A DNA stretch of 20,668 nucleotides. It comes from Ginkgo biloba. Taxonomy: Eukaryota > Plantae > Ginkgophyta. Location: NCBI GenBank assembly GCA_024626585.2, contig JANKJI020000002.1, forward strand, positions 238,573,364-238,594,031. Direction: 5' to 3'. Positions 1 to 11,574 of this stretch are shown here, piece after piece. A program made the position numbers and the translations under genes. Below the pieces are notes generated by a model that saw only the letters and a list, made by a program, of their open reading frames with translations, was not told the origin of the DNA and made no database searches. The first letter of the stretch is position 1. Every line of letters begins with the position of its first letter.

Positions 1-59
1 CTATTTTTTTTGTTTGTCCATGAGTGAAATGTGTTGAAATAAATAACACACAGTATTAT

Positions 60-2306
60 AATCAGTCTTTACAAAAAAACTATTTCCAAGTAGATAGTAG
101 CATCATTCAATGAGGGTGTGCATTGTTGTCAGCATGTCCTTGTCATATGTTGACATTTGTCTTTTGTGTTCATTTAGCTTTCTACTTCTAAAGGCAATCG
201 AGCGATCTTTTTGCATAAGTACGACACAAATTTCTTTTCTGCATGCATCACATTCTAGGACAAAGGGTTTGAAGANNNNNNNNNNNNNNNNNNNNNNNNN
301 NNNNNNNNNNNNNNNNNNNNNNNNNNNNNNNNNNNTTCTGTTTCTTCTATTCATGTGAATGGTTCTTTTTTATGTAGGTCTATTAAGGTGTAGTTAGGCT
401 TGATTAGTTTTCAATAAATTTTTGGTCAAGTCTTGTTAGGCCTAGGAACCCTCTAAGTTTCGAGATTATTTTAAGTGGAGGTCAATCTAATATTATCTAG
501 ATTTTTGTGTTGGCAACTTTAACTACTTTGACTATTACTAGATGACTTATGCATTGTACTTCTTGTTTTGCTAGGGAACATTTGGATCGTTTGGCATAGA
601 ATTTGTCATCTTTTAGTCTGGTGAGGATGATATCAATGTATTTTGTGTTCTTCCCAGGGTTAACAATAGGTGAGGATGCCATCAAAGAACATTAGGACAA
701 AGTTTTTGAGGAAAATACAATAAACCTTCTTCATTGTTTCTTGGAATGATGTTGGAGAATTACACAATCCAAAAGGCATGAATTAAAATTTAAAATGATC
801 TTGGTGTGTTTTGAATGTAGTTTTGTGTCTATCCTTGACTCTAATTGGTATTTGGTAATAACTAGATCTAAGGTTTATTCTTGAAAAATATTTTGTGCCA
901 TGTAGTTCATTTAGAATCTCATCTATCCTTAGTATGGGGTATTTGTTTTTTATTTTGATTTTGTTCAAAATTGTGTAATCTACATAAAGAATAAATGATC
1001 CATCTTTATTTTGGGTCAGTACTATAGGTGCTACATGTGGGTTCTTGTTGTCTATGATGGCTTCAATGTCTAAATGTCCTTGGATGAGTCTTATATTTCA
1101 GACTTTCAGTGGTGGCCATACCTAAATGGGTATACCATTGTTGGTGGTTTGTTAGGTTAAGAGGTAGGCTTTTAGTAGTTTTGGAGGACTTGTTTGTGTT
1201 TCTCTAGAAATTCAATTAGCATGTTATTTTGTATGTTGATAAGTTATATGGGGGTGTTAGTGTTTTCTTTTAAAGTTTATTGTGATGGGATTTCCATGGA
1301 ATATAATCTTGCCATGTATCCCACATGTCCTTTCCTTAGGATGTTGTTTATTTTCTTGGATTTGGCAATTTGAGTAGGAGGCATGGCAATCCCCTGCGCT
1401 TGATATTTTACACCATTTAGTTTAAATCTAAGGAAATGTTTTTCTAGTTTGTACCATAGGTGCCTAATGTTTCTAGCCATTGTACTCCTAATACAATATG
1501 TACTTCCTCTATGTTAAAGAAAAATAAGTTCGAGTATGGTTATCCATTGAGAGTTTGATTTTTTTTTTTTTTTTATCATAGGTGAGTGTACAATGTTCCA
1601 AAATTGATAATTCAAACATAGATCTTGATTCTGCTTGCAATCCAATCTATTTTGTCTTGTTTGTATCTATGAGATTGTGCATGCTTCCAAAGTTCATGGG
1701 CACTTGTAGCTTTCTTTTTCAAATAAAACCCTAGATTTTGAGTGTGTATACTCTTTGGAATTTTGTCATTACTAAAAGGGATATTTCTGATTGTCCTGTG
1801 GCGATTGCTGCATCCTCAAGGATATTATCTTCCTCATCATCTGGTAGCTCTTCCTCGTCTGTTGGGTTATCCATGATCATTTGTCTATTGCTTTTGGTGG
1901 AGTATAGTTGCTTGGATATTTCATGCAAATCCTAACATGTCTTGATTTCTTTGGTGGAGTATAGTTGCTTGCATGCTTCTTTCAAATTCTAGCATATCTT
2001 GATGTCCATTTTTTATCCCATTTTTAATGTATGCCCTTACTCCTTCATCTGCCCCTTTTTTGCTTCTTTTGGGTAGGGTAATTTTGGTCCTTCGATGTGT
2101 GGATTTTTTGCATGTGGGGTACTACTTTGTTGATTATCCAAAAATATGTATTTACATAGACTTGTCCTTTTTGTGGCATTATGTAACAATCTTTGATAAT
2201 AAGGTCTCTTGTTTTGTAGATTTTGCTAAATTCATTGTGTCCCATACTTCTTATGGTTTGTAGTTGTGTACTTTTGCTTTTAGCTATAGTCGAACATCTC
2301 CCACAT
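60..2306 (-). mobile_element. Degenerate Ty3/gypsy LTR retrotransposon gag-pol fragment, copy A (gag C-terminus, protease region, RT, RNase H)
   Basis: Minus-strand translations: RT NKYPILRIDEILNELHGTKYFSRINLRSSYYQI...KTTFKTHQDHFKF (783-968); FFDG in place of FFDD at 678-689; KFYAKRSKCS (497-685); RNase H KPFVLECDAC...VLMQKDRSIAFRSRKL...STYDKDML (103-354). The order gag-PR-RT-RH is gypsy type. Many stops and frameshifts. Confidence 0.92.
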
Positions 2307-2406
2307 NNNNNNNNNNNNNNNNNNNNNNNNNNNNNNNNNNNNNNNNNNNNNNNNNNNNNNNNNNNNNNNNNNNNNNNNNNNNNNNNNNNNNNNNNNNNNN
2401 NNNNNN

Positions 2407-4600
2407 TGTCAACAAAGAAAATTAGAACACATTTTTCCAAGTAAAATACAAAAACTTTGTCCATTGCTTAGAATTTTGTGAGCACATTGGACAATCCAAA
2501 AGGCATGTCTCTAAATTCATAATGACCTTGGAGTGCTCTGAATGCAACTTTATGTCCATCCTAGACTCTAAATGGTGATTGGCAATAACCAAACCTAAGG
2601 TCTATTTTTGAAAAGTATTTTGTGCCATGTAGTTCCTCTAGAATGTCATTTGTCCTAGGCATTGGATATTTGTTTTTTTATGTGATTTTGTTTAAACCTT
2701 TGTAATCTAACAAACTCTAAAAGATCCATCTTTTTCAAGCTAGTACTATGGGTGCTACATATGGACTCTTGCTATCAATGATAACTCCCATGTCTAAGAG
2801 TTCTTAGACGAGTCTTTCTGTTTTGGACTTTTGGCGGTTGCTCTATCTATATGGGCAAACAATAATTGGTGGTTTCTCAAGTCAAATCTCAATTATATGT
2901 TCCATACCCCTATCTAGAGGTACGCTTGGAGGTAGACCTTGGAACACCTGTTCGTATTTCTCTAGAATTTCAATTAGCTTGTTGTTTTGTTTATCACTAA
3001 GTTCTATGGGGATGTCAATTTTTTCTTTTAGAGTTATTTGTTGTTGTGAGATTTCCATGGTATATAATCTCACTATGAATCATCCTTAGGACGTTGTCCA
3101 TTTTCTTGGATTCCACAATTTGAGTTGGAGATGGAACAAGCCCTTACAATTGGTATCTCATTCCATTTAGTTTACATTTCAAGAAACATTGCAAGTCCTA
3201 ACATGATATCAACTCCCCATATTCATGAAGAAAAGAAATTAGAGGTAAGAATGCAAGTGAGAGTACTATATCTTGAAATTGATACATGAATGCAATTCTT
3301 GGTTCCGCATTCAATCCAAACTATTTTGCCTTGTTTGTATCTATAAAATTGCGCATGCTTCCAAAGTACATGAGTAGTAGTAGCTTGGTTTTCTTCATAA
3401 AACCCAAAATTTTAAGTGTATTCTTGAAGTGATATTTCAAATTGTCCCATAACAACTAATGCATCCTTGAGGATATTATCCTCTTTATCATCTACTAAGC
3501 CTTCTTCTTCATCTAGTGGGTTATTCGTAACTTATTTGTCTCTTGCTTGGACAAAGTATAGTTGTTTGTGTGTTTTCTTACAAACCTGGCATGTTCTAGT
3601 GTCTATTTTTCATCAAATTCATAACAAACACCATTAATCCCTCTCCGGTCTCTTTCTTACTTTTCTTGGATCAATAATTTTGCTCCTTCAATGCGTGGGT
3701 TTTTAGCTTGTAAGGCTTTTGTTTTTTTTTGTTGATTATGTGCAAAATATCTATTTATATAGCCTTGTGCTTTTTGTGGCACAATGTACCAAGCTCTAAT
3801 AACGAGGTCTCTTATTTCTATAGATTTTGCTAAATCCATAGTGCCCCATACTTGTGGCTTGTACTTGCACACTTCTACTTTAGCTCTAAGGGAAGAGAAT
3901 CCAATTGTTTAAACTAGTATTATACTAGTTTTGCTTAGTAGGCACTCGAGCTTTTCTATATACTCTTGCACTATCATTTCTTCCTAAAAGAGGTGGGTGA
4001 ATTGAACCTTGTGGGGTTCACCCCAATTGCAACATGCTCTATGTTTGACGTTGCCTTTCAATTGTTGATAGTTGAAGATTGCAACCCAGATATCTTTTCA
4101 CCATTTTGCTACCCATGTGAAAGTGTGGCCTTTTAATTGATCTAGAGCAAATCTTGTTTGCTCTTAGTATGCCACTATTCAGTGATCTACAAATGCTACT
4201 TCTAATTTTGCTAACCGTTCTTTTGGTTACACATTTGTATCAAATCTATACATGGTTGATGGGAACATCAATTTGGGTCTTGGACTTTGGTGGTATTGTT
4301 CCTCTAGTTTGTTGCACGTGTTGCATTCTTATTGGTGGCAATAATGGCGGTACCATTCCTCTAGGTTGTGTTGAGCCTTGCCTTTGACTTTAGGATCTGG
4401 TCAATTGTTTGTTTTATTTTGTCCATTGTTTTTGTTATATCCTTGCATATTTTATTGTTTCATGTTTGCCCACATTCAATTGTGAATTCTAGTTTGTTGG
4501 ATTTATTTTGCATATCCATTTTGAGTTCAATGGGGCTCCTGAATTGATTTATTACTCCTCTGGAATATGTCTATAAGATCATAATATAAATCTAATACCA
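2407..4600 (-). mobile_element. Degenerate Ty3/gypsy retrotransposon, copy B (gag, protease region, RT N-terminal half), same family as copy A
   Basis: LIEILEKYEQVFQGLPPSVPLDRGMEHIIEI (2882-3073) is the typical pre-RT segment. RT runs to CVLIFFVD at the gap. 2430-3890 aligns by eye colinearly with about 700-2300. Decayed gag extends to about 4520. Confidence 0.9.
4591..4600 (-). promoter_or_regulatory. Primer-binding site (tRNA-iMet type) of gypsy copy B
   Basis: + strand TCTAATACCA reads TGGTATTAGA on the minus strand, 9/10 to the canonical TGGTATCAGA. It lies just upstream of gag and 1 nt from a CA LTR end. Confidence 0.7.
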
Positions 4601-4601
4601 A

Positions 4602-5006
4602 TGGAGACAACTCTCAATGGTTGTACTCGAGAAAGCTTTAAGAATAAGTTGGTAAATATCAAACTAAATTGATTAATATTAGAATAGGATGATGATGTTG
4701 CATTGACTACACTAGATTTATAGTATCTTCTTATTAAAGGACGTGACCTTTTGGTGACTTTTCACATTATTAACTAACTAATATTAATGTGTTAAGAATA
4801 TATTAGTCTTATTTGGGGTATATAGGCCTATTTAAAGGTTGTTTAGGCATAATTAAGATTGTAATAGGGCCATAACGAGTTGTACTTGGCTTTTAGACCA
4901 CTTTGCCATCTTTGATCTCTAGCAATATGCATAAGGAAAGGCTATTGTATAAGCCTCTTTAAGGACCAAGGGGGGGTCTCTTGTTTGTGAGTTAGGGTTC
5001 ATAACA
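4602..5006 (-). repeat. Probable 5' LTR of gypsy copy B (about 405 bp)
   Basis: Minus strand starts TGTTATGAAC (5006) and ends in CA at 4602 beside the PBS. TATA-like TTTAAATAGG near 4828-4837 on the minus strand. The outer boundary is inferred because no second LTR is present for comparison. Confidence 0.55.
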
Positions 5007-5039
5007 AGTGCTTACACTTAGGCGGTGGAACTAAAATGG

Positions 5040-5500
5040 CTTGGGAACCTGAATAAGCTAACAATCATAACATACATAAGATGAGGTTTGTGTATATTGT
5101 TTTGTATCCTAAAATCCATGCAAAAGTGTTACATGAGTAATGATTGAAAATCCATGCACGAGTATTGGTTTGGAATCCTCGATTTGAAACTATGGACACA
5201 TTGTTTGTGAGTTGATCAACTATGTCAAGTTTGTGTTATGTTGTGTCCTTTGGCCATTGGGTAGTTGTCCTTGAGATGAGTGGATTTGATGTGTGTTCAT
5301 GGATGAGGTAGATCTTTATGATAGGTTGCTTTGCTTCTGAGAGACCTTCACATCTTGCCCTTAGTCTTTGAATTGATCATGTTGCTTACTCATACTTAAT
5401 TGATGATTTGCATGTATGGTATAATGATATGATGTAAAGTTTTGGGAATGATAGAGGAGCCACTTCGAGGACCAATTCGGGAGGAAGAATCTATGAGCCT
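5040..5500 (+). mobile_element. Possible highly eroded 3' end of a gypsy element (integrase C-terminal remnant, PPT, start of LTR)
   Basis: HKMRF...PKIHAKVLHE**LK (about 5075-5150) resembles the integrase YKL.LP...KIH.VFHVS.LK motif. CTTCGAGGACCAATTCGGGAGGAAGAATCTATGAG (about 5463-5497) resembles a gypsy ORF end plus purine tract. Confidence 0.3.
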
Positions 5501-6304
5501 TTAACTAATATTGTGTAATGCATGCGTGCGTGTGACTTGGTTAACATTGATGTTGATTGTCTAACATATTGTAGGTGCATTTTGATCAATCTATTATAGA
5601 TTGATGATTGCGTTATCCTCTAGATGACCTAATTTGATGTACTTATTGAAAACTCTAGATGTAAAAATAACAAGGCTCATTCACATGGATTTATTTCAAT
5701 TAATACAACTAGAAGTAACTTAGGAGATTGAAAAATTGGGATCCTTGAGAAGAAACCCTGGTAGCATTATGCATGTCTTGTTTACTTACCTTTTCGCCAT
5801 CCTCAGTACCCCTTTTACTCATTTTTTATAGCAATCACCTCGCTTGGTTTCCTATGACACGACTTACTAACTCAACCCACATTAGGTTTGGACACCTATA
5901 ATTTGTATGTTAGTGGCGTAGTCCAGTAGCACATGCGCGATGTGGGTTTGCTACATGGACTTTTGTATGGAAACCAACATTTTATATAGAGTGGAAGGTA
6001 TGACCCACCTACATAAAGACCTTTGGTGGCTTTGAGGGATGTATGACATATACCATCCTTCCACTCCTCTTTTTGAGGCTTGTTGTCAATATATATATCA
6101 AAGACTCATCTAAGTCCAGTTGTTATGTTTTAAGATTCATAAAGGCGCTAGGTTTCTTAGGCAAGAGCACCTTTCCTTTATGCTAGATTTTAGATATGTT
6201 GCTAATTCTATCCTCAATTATGGACCTTAGTTATGTTATAAGGTCATGCTAATAGTAAAAATGTGGTCAATCAACTTGGATGCTAATATCGCAAACAAAA
6301 AATA

Positions 6305-6641
6305 TGTAACAAGTCTAAGTTGAACTACTGAATCAATCTATATATCTTTGGGACTTGGCAAAGGAGATTATTAGCCAATTAGTAATTTCACTTGTCAACC
6401 TAAAGAATGTCAATTTATTGTTAGGCTAAATCTGAGAATCTATGTCGAGGTTAGCCTATCCAAGAAGCTTATTGAAGAAATTTCCATATTTAATGGCTTA
6501 TGCATGTGATTGTATCTGAACTACTAACTCATGATATCTTTCTGTGTGTTTAGTTTATCCGTTGTGCTTATGTATTGATTATTTGAAATCTACATGTGAA
6601 CTACTAATCAAACTTGCAGGCTTAAGGTGAAGGCCGTTACA
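6305..6641. repeat. Candidate solo LTR bounded by TGTAAC...GTTACA
   Basis: 6-bp terminal inverted repeat at 6305-6310 and 6636-6641. Internal motif TGAACTACT occurs three times (6321, 6517, 6597). No matching target-site duplication. Confidence 0.35.
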
Positions 6642-6719
6642 CACATCATCTTTCAAGAACATCTTCAAAAATTCCCCCCTTCGTTAATTTTCATCAACAT
6701 ACAAGTTACATGGACTGGC
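6642..6719 (-). mobile_element. Possible polypurine tract and start of a 3' LTR (copia-like) on the minus strand
   Basis: Minus strand reads GAAGGGGGGAATTTTTGAAGATG, similar to the AAGGGGGAG-ATTGTTG PPT/LTR junctions of plant copia elements. Confidence 0.3.
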
Positions 6720-8399
6720 NNNNNNNNNNNNNNNNNNNNNNNNNNNNNNNNNNNNNNNNNNNNNNNNNNNNNNNNNNNNNNNNNNNNNNNNNNNNNNNNN
6801 NNNNNNNNNNNNNNNNNNNNNTTTATGGAGATTACTCCAAACCATTGAAGGCCTTTGATTGTGACAACTTCTAGAAATCTATAAAGCCTTCTAAGAATTT
6901 AGAAGAAAGAACGGAGAAAAAGAGAAAGAAACCCAAGAAGACAGTAAGTAATGAAATTTGAACTGTCAATTCAGAGTTGTCTACGAGTAGACCTATGTTG
7001 ACTGATAGGGGTACTTCTCTTCCTTTTAGAAACCAAGGGTGAGGAATTTGTCAGAGCTGCAATATCTTTTGATCATGGTGAACCTTCATTTGAATTTCTT
7101 GATCCTGGTTGATCCACCATTGTGATATTGAGGTGTGATAGTGATTGTATGGGTCAAACAATTTTTGAAAAAGGTGTGCTAAGTCAATAGTAGATCCTAG
7201 AACAATCACAAGACCTATGCCTAGTCCATTGGGCGATGGAGTCAAACACCAAAAAATCCTCCCATCTATGCTGAACCAAAATCACTAACCTTTATATTTC
7301 ATTAAACAAACATATCCATTGCCAAGTACCTCGAGAGAAAATGGTCACAAGAAACTCCACGAAACCCTGGGTCTCTAGTTGGGGAGCTAATGCAATTTAC
7401 GTAAAGTTTGCACAATACAAAAAGAAGGTTTTGGTAGAAAATGGTATAAGAAGATAAATCAGAAATGTAAGTGACAAATAGAAAGGAAAGATATCACTTG
7501 ACAATTAGCCCTCTGTCCAAGGTTGAGAGTTGTAGAGTTGAGTTGATCAAGTTGGAGGAGACCATTTCAGTCGTAATAGTGTACCATATGTTGTCTTTTA
7601 ATACATGCTTGATAAAAAGAGAAAACAACTAAAACAACTGCAAAGCAAGCAACAACAGGAAAATAGTAATGAAGTAAGAAAATAATCTAAAGTTGTAACA
7701 AGAAATAGAATGTGCATGTGGTAACTAAGAAATAAAATCTAATTGCACAAGTCAGAAGCAATGTCACAGTAATGAAATAACAACTTAAAAATGAACAAAT
7801 AGTAAAAGAATAGAATGAAAACCCTAATAATAAAGGAAACCCTAGTAACATGGGAAAGCATTTATAAAGAGTCAGGCAACCTTAGAAGCATTAGTAGTAA
7901 TGCATCAATGAAGAACATGTTAGAANNNNNNNNNNNNNNNNNNNNNNNNNNNNNNNNNNNNNNNNNNNNNNNNNNNNNNNNNNNNNNNNNNNNNNNNNNN
8001 NNNNNNNNNNNNNNNNNNNNNNNNNGAAAAATGGTTTAGACATTCAAGTCCTCGGGACATAGGACTTGTATAACACCTCGTGGAGTGAATTAAGAATTGA
8101 CTTTATAGTACGTGGAAGATATTGATGTATTATGTGTTGCCTTTTTTTCCTAAAATTAATACAGCGTAGACTAGGTACTTAAATTATGACCTTGTGAAGA
8201 CTTTACCTTCCTTCTCCTCATTGCTATGATGTGTGAAGGGAAGTAGATTAGGCTTACAAATCCTTTATGCGCCACATGATCAAATAAGGCAAATTCGACT
8301 AAATGTTATGGTGCACGCATAAGTGATGCTATTTTCATGTACTAATTAGAATTATTGTTTTATGCTAGTGATAATCTTACAATTAGGGCTAGTGGGTTG

Positions 8400-9070
8400 C
8401 AATGGTTCAAATAGCTAAATTTGGCCTCTTAGAGGGTGCGATTTACCATTTTGGGACTATAGGAGGCTTTGGCCTACACGAGGGGTTTCAACTTTCTATT
8501 TTGTATAGTAGGAAGTTTCAACATGCTATTGTGATTGTTCAACATGTTCTTGAAGTTATTGTTCTACAACTTTGATTTGTTGAAGTTACTAGCTTTTCAT
8601 TTGAGTTGTTAAAGATGTTAAAGTAGTTGTTGTTGTTATAGTTTCTAGGTTGCTTCTATTCTTCATTATACCATAGGAAGGTTGATTCTACTATTTCAAG
8701 GCCCATAAATGTTGAATCTACCTAGAAAGGACATTAACGTGTTCATTTTTTACGCATTAGATGTTTGGAGAGATTTGTGATCCAAATTTAGCTTGGTCCT
8801 ATTGAAGTTCAAGTTGTTTAGCTAAGAAGTTTACTTGCAACTTATCTAGGTGTTGAAGATCATGATTATCGCCTAGATTGCCTAATGAGGCAAGGTGAAG
8901 GGTGGGCATTTAGATCACCAAAAGAGGCAACATGTCATGTGCCCACTGGTTTCTCAACACTCTTATAGATCAATATGCTAGGATACCTAAATGTGGGGTG
9001 ATGTCAATTGAAAGATATTGATGTTTTCAAGTGAAAGATATCAAGAAGTCATCTTGCATATAACCTTAGG
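8400..9070 (+). mobile_element. Very degenerate Ty3/gypsy pol remnant (RNase H end to integrase zinc-finger region)
   Basis: IGRLILLFQGP*MLNLPRK (about 8675-8730) resembles IARW.LLLQE.....RPGK. A GGHF-like sequence (GGGTGGGCATTT) lies near 8900-8911. No intact ORF. Confidence 0.4.
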
Positions 9071-9140
9071 AGGTTGTAGCCTTGCAAAGATGACTGAGAA
9101 TCACTCTCTATATTTGAGTTGGTTTTAAAACAAGAACTAG

Positions 9141-11265
9141 CTAGTCATACCAAGAATAGTTAGCTTTTGCACCTATNNNNNNNNNNNNNNNNNNNNNNNN
9201 NNNNNNNNNNNNNNNNNNNNNNNNNNNNNNNNNNNNNNNNNNNNNNNNNNNNNNNNNNNNNNNNNNNNNNNNNNNNNNNNNNNNNNNNNNNNNNNNNNNN
9301 NNNNNNNNNNNNNNNNNNNNNNNNNNNNNNNNNNNNNNNNNNNNNNNNNNNNNNNNNNNNNNNNNNNNNNNNNNNNNNNNNNNNNNNNNNNNNNNNNNNN
9401 NNNNNNNNNNNNNNNNNNNNNNNNNNNNNNNNNNNNNNNNNNNNNNNNNNNNNNNNNNNNNNNNNNNNNNNNNNNNNNNNNNNNNNNNNNNNNNNNNNNN
9501 NNNNNNNNNNNNNNNNNNNNNNNNNNNNNNNNNNNNNNNNNNNNNNNNNNNNNNNNNNNNNNNNNNNNNNNNNNNNNNNNNNNNNNNNNNNNNNNNNNNN
9601 TCACCTATTGACATGTTGGACCCCCACACCTCTGATCCATAGAGAGCAATTGACCTTACTAGTGTATTAAACAACATGTGTTTTGTGGGAATATCCTGAA
9701 ATGGAAGTTGGAAACATTGCCTCTCAAGGAGTGAAAGGGATGCATATTCATTCCAGATCTAAAGTTGGGCCTTTGGGCTCATGTTGAAAATACAACCACA
9801 AATTGAACATCAAGATATGTGTAAGAGGATACTGCATCGACTACTTGACCTTTGAAGGTGAAGCCAAGTCGTGAAGCAATATTTGCAAATGTGTTCAAGA
9901 CCATAACCATGGTTTTGCTAAGGTTTGCCTTGAGGTACTGGTTGTCATAAAAAGAGGCAAGAGCATCTAACTGCCTTCGAAGCTTCTATGGGGTAGAACA
10001 CCCATCCTTTGCTTATTTGACCTCCCGATTATGCTACCTAAGCTCATCAATAAACACACCGACAAAGTTGGTGAAAGAGGCATCCCTATTTGACCCAAAT
10101 CATGCTCTGGATGTCCTAGGATTGTCCATGCATGGTATAGACGACCCACAACCTACTTATATAAGGTGACAACAACAGTGATGATGACCTCAGGGACACC
10201 CAACTTGTGTAACCTCTCTATAATGAGATGTCTCGGTACTGTGTCAAAAATCTTTTCGAAAGTCTACAAAGCAACAATAGATTTTTGAATGCTTGTGTCT
10301 AGCCTCATTAATAATAACTTTGAATGCAAGACTATGGTCAAGGGTCTAATTCCCCCACTAGAATCTTGCTTGCCCCTTTGTTCTAAGGCCCTCCCTATCT
10401 ACTCAAAGATTCCAAAATATTGGACTAGGGGGTGGCCAAGATATGGCCGATCATGATGGTACAATAATTTCAAAGATCTAAAGCATTGCTCAACTTGAAG
10501 ATGGGGTTTATTATTTTTGAGGTTTAGGAAGGGGTGGGAGATTGAGCAAATATTCTCATTGAATAGATCCACACTGGATAGAGAAAGTGTATCAGTAGCA
10601 TGTTGGAGAATTTTTGCTCGTAGGCCTTCAATGCCTTTGGCTTTAGTGGTTTAGAGTTTGTAAATCGTTTTNNNNNNNNNNNNNNNNNNNNNNNNNNNNN
10701 NNNNNNNNNNNNNNNNNNNNNNNNNNNNNNNNNNNNNNNNNNNNNNNNNNNNNNNNNNNNNNNNNNNNNNNGCCAAGCTCAAGAAAACCTTTCCATTTAT
10801 AATAAAATTGGCCTCTCAAAATCCTGATAAAATAACTAGACTTGTTGTTGGAAGTGTTTTCAATTATCCTTGTATGAGGTCCTTTGCCACGTGTTATTAC
10901 TCTATTAGAGGTAGCCTACTAGGGGTTGTCCTTTGGGCCTTTGATACATTCTTTCTTTTGATTATTACTAATCTGGGTAGTGTTATTAAAGTTGTAATAC
11001 TAATGAACTGGCTTTATGACTTTTAACACTTTTCCTTCATTCAAAGGTGTAATTTGCTTGGATTTATTGGACTGCAACATCTCTCCCCATCTTGCAGAGA
11101 TCATTGTCTATGAGGCCAACTTCATGTGCAANNNNNNNNNNCATGTGGCTTTTTCAAATGGCTTGATTGACCATTCCATCAGATACTCTTTAATTTCTAT
11201 GTTCCATTATCTCTTCAGGATAATTCTCCTCTCACTCAACTTATTAAATCTACATAAAGGTTCCT
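9141..11265 (-). mobile_element. Degenerate non-LTR retrotransposon (RTE-like LINE): endonuclease remnant plus reverse transcriptase
   Basis: Minus-strand motifs in the expected order: GEIIL.GD-like (about 11210-11235), NYCTIMIGHILA (about 10435-10470), CFVDF/FDTVPRHLIIERLHKLGVP (about 10195-10275), GMPLSPTL (the QGCPLSP motif, about 10065-10090), KANLSKTMVMV, LERQCFQL and LFNTLVRSIALYGSEVWG (9620-9677). Confidence 0.9.
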
Positions 11266-11269
11266 TAAG

Positions 11270-11574
11270 ATAACTTTAAATGACAGACTAAGTACATCTT
11301 TACATCTTTACATCTTTACATCTTTAGCTTCCTTTTTTCCCTCTAGTATTTAGAATGATCCACAATGCCTATTTTCAAATTATTTCGAACATTGGAATGC
11401 AACTTGCTTGTCATCTTCATTAATGCTTGAAATATAACGGACATAACTCCTATAATTTAAGAGAGTTTATTATATGACTTAGAATAATAAAATTCTACAT
11501 AACTTATGACTAACTTTAAATGCTACTCTAATATAAATTAAGTACCAAGTACAAACTGGACATTATTTCTTACA
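11270..11574 (-). repeat. 3' LTR of the copia element (left boundary uncertain)
   Basis: Starts TGTAAG on the minus strand immediately after the PPT. AT-rich. TAACTTTAAATG occurs twice (11271, 11511). Confidence 0.6.
11293..11326 (+). repeat. Perfect tandem repeat (TACATCTT) x 4.25
   Basis: Read directly from the sequence. Confidence 0.95.

Noticed and set aside
1559-1574. T16 run as a possible retroposed poly(A) tail
   Set aside because: It lies inside the gypsy protease region with no TSD or inserted body; homopolymer expansion is more likely.
8045-8068. 8-bp inverted repeat CAAGTCCT/AGGACTTG
   Set aside because: Too short to distinguish from chance, with no supporting context.
9141-9677. 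Long ORFs in the track at 9141-9677, 9167-9670 and 9173-9604
   Set aside because: They are mostly N-gap read-through; only the LINE RT C-terminal residues are real.
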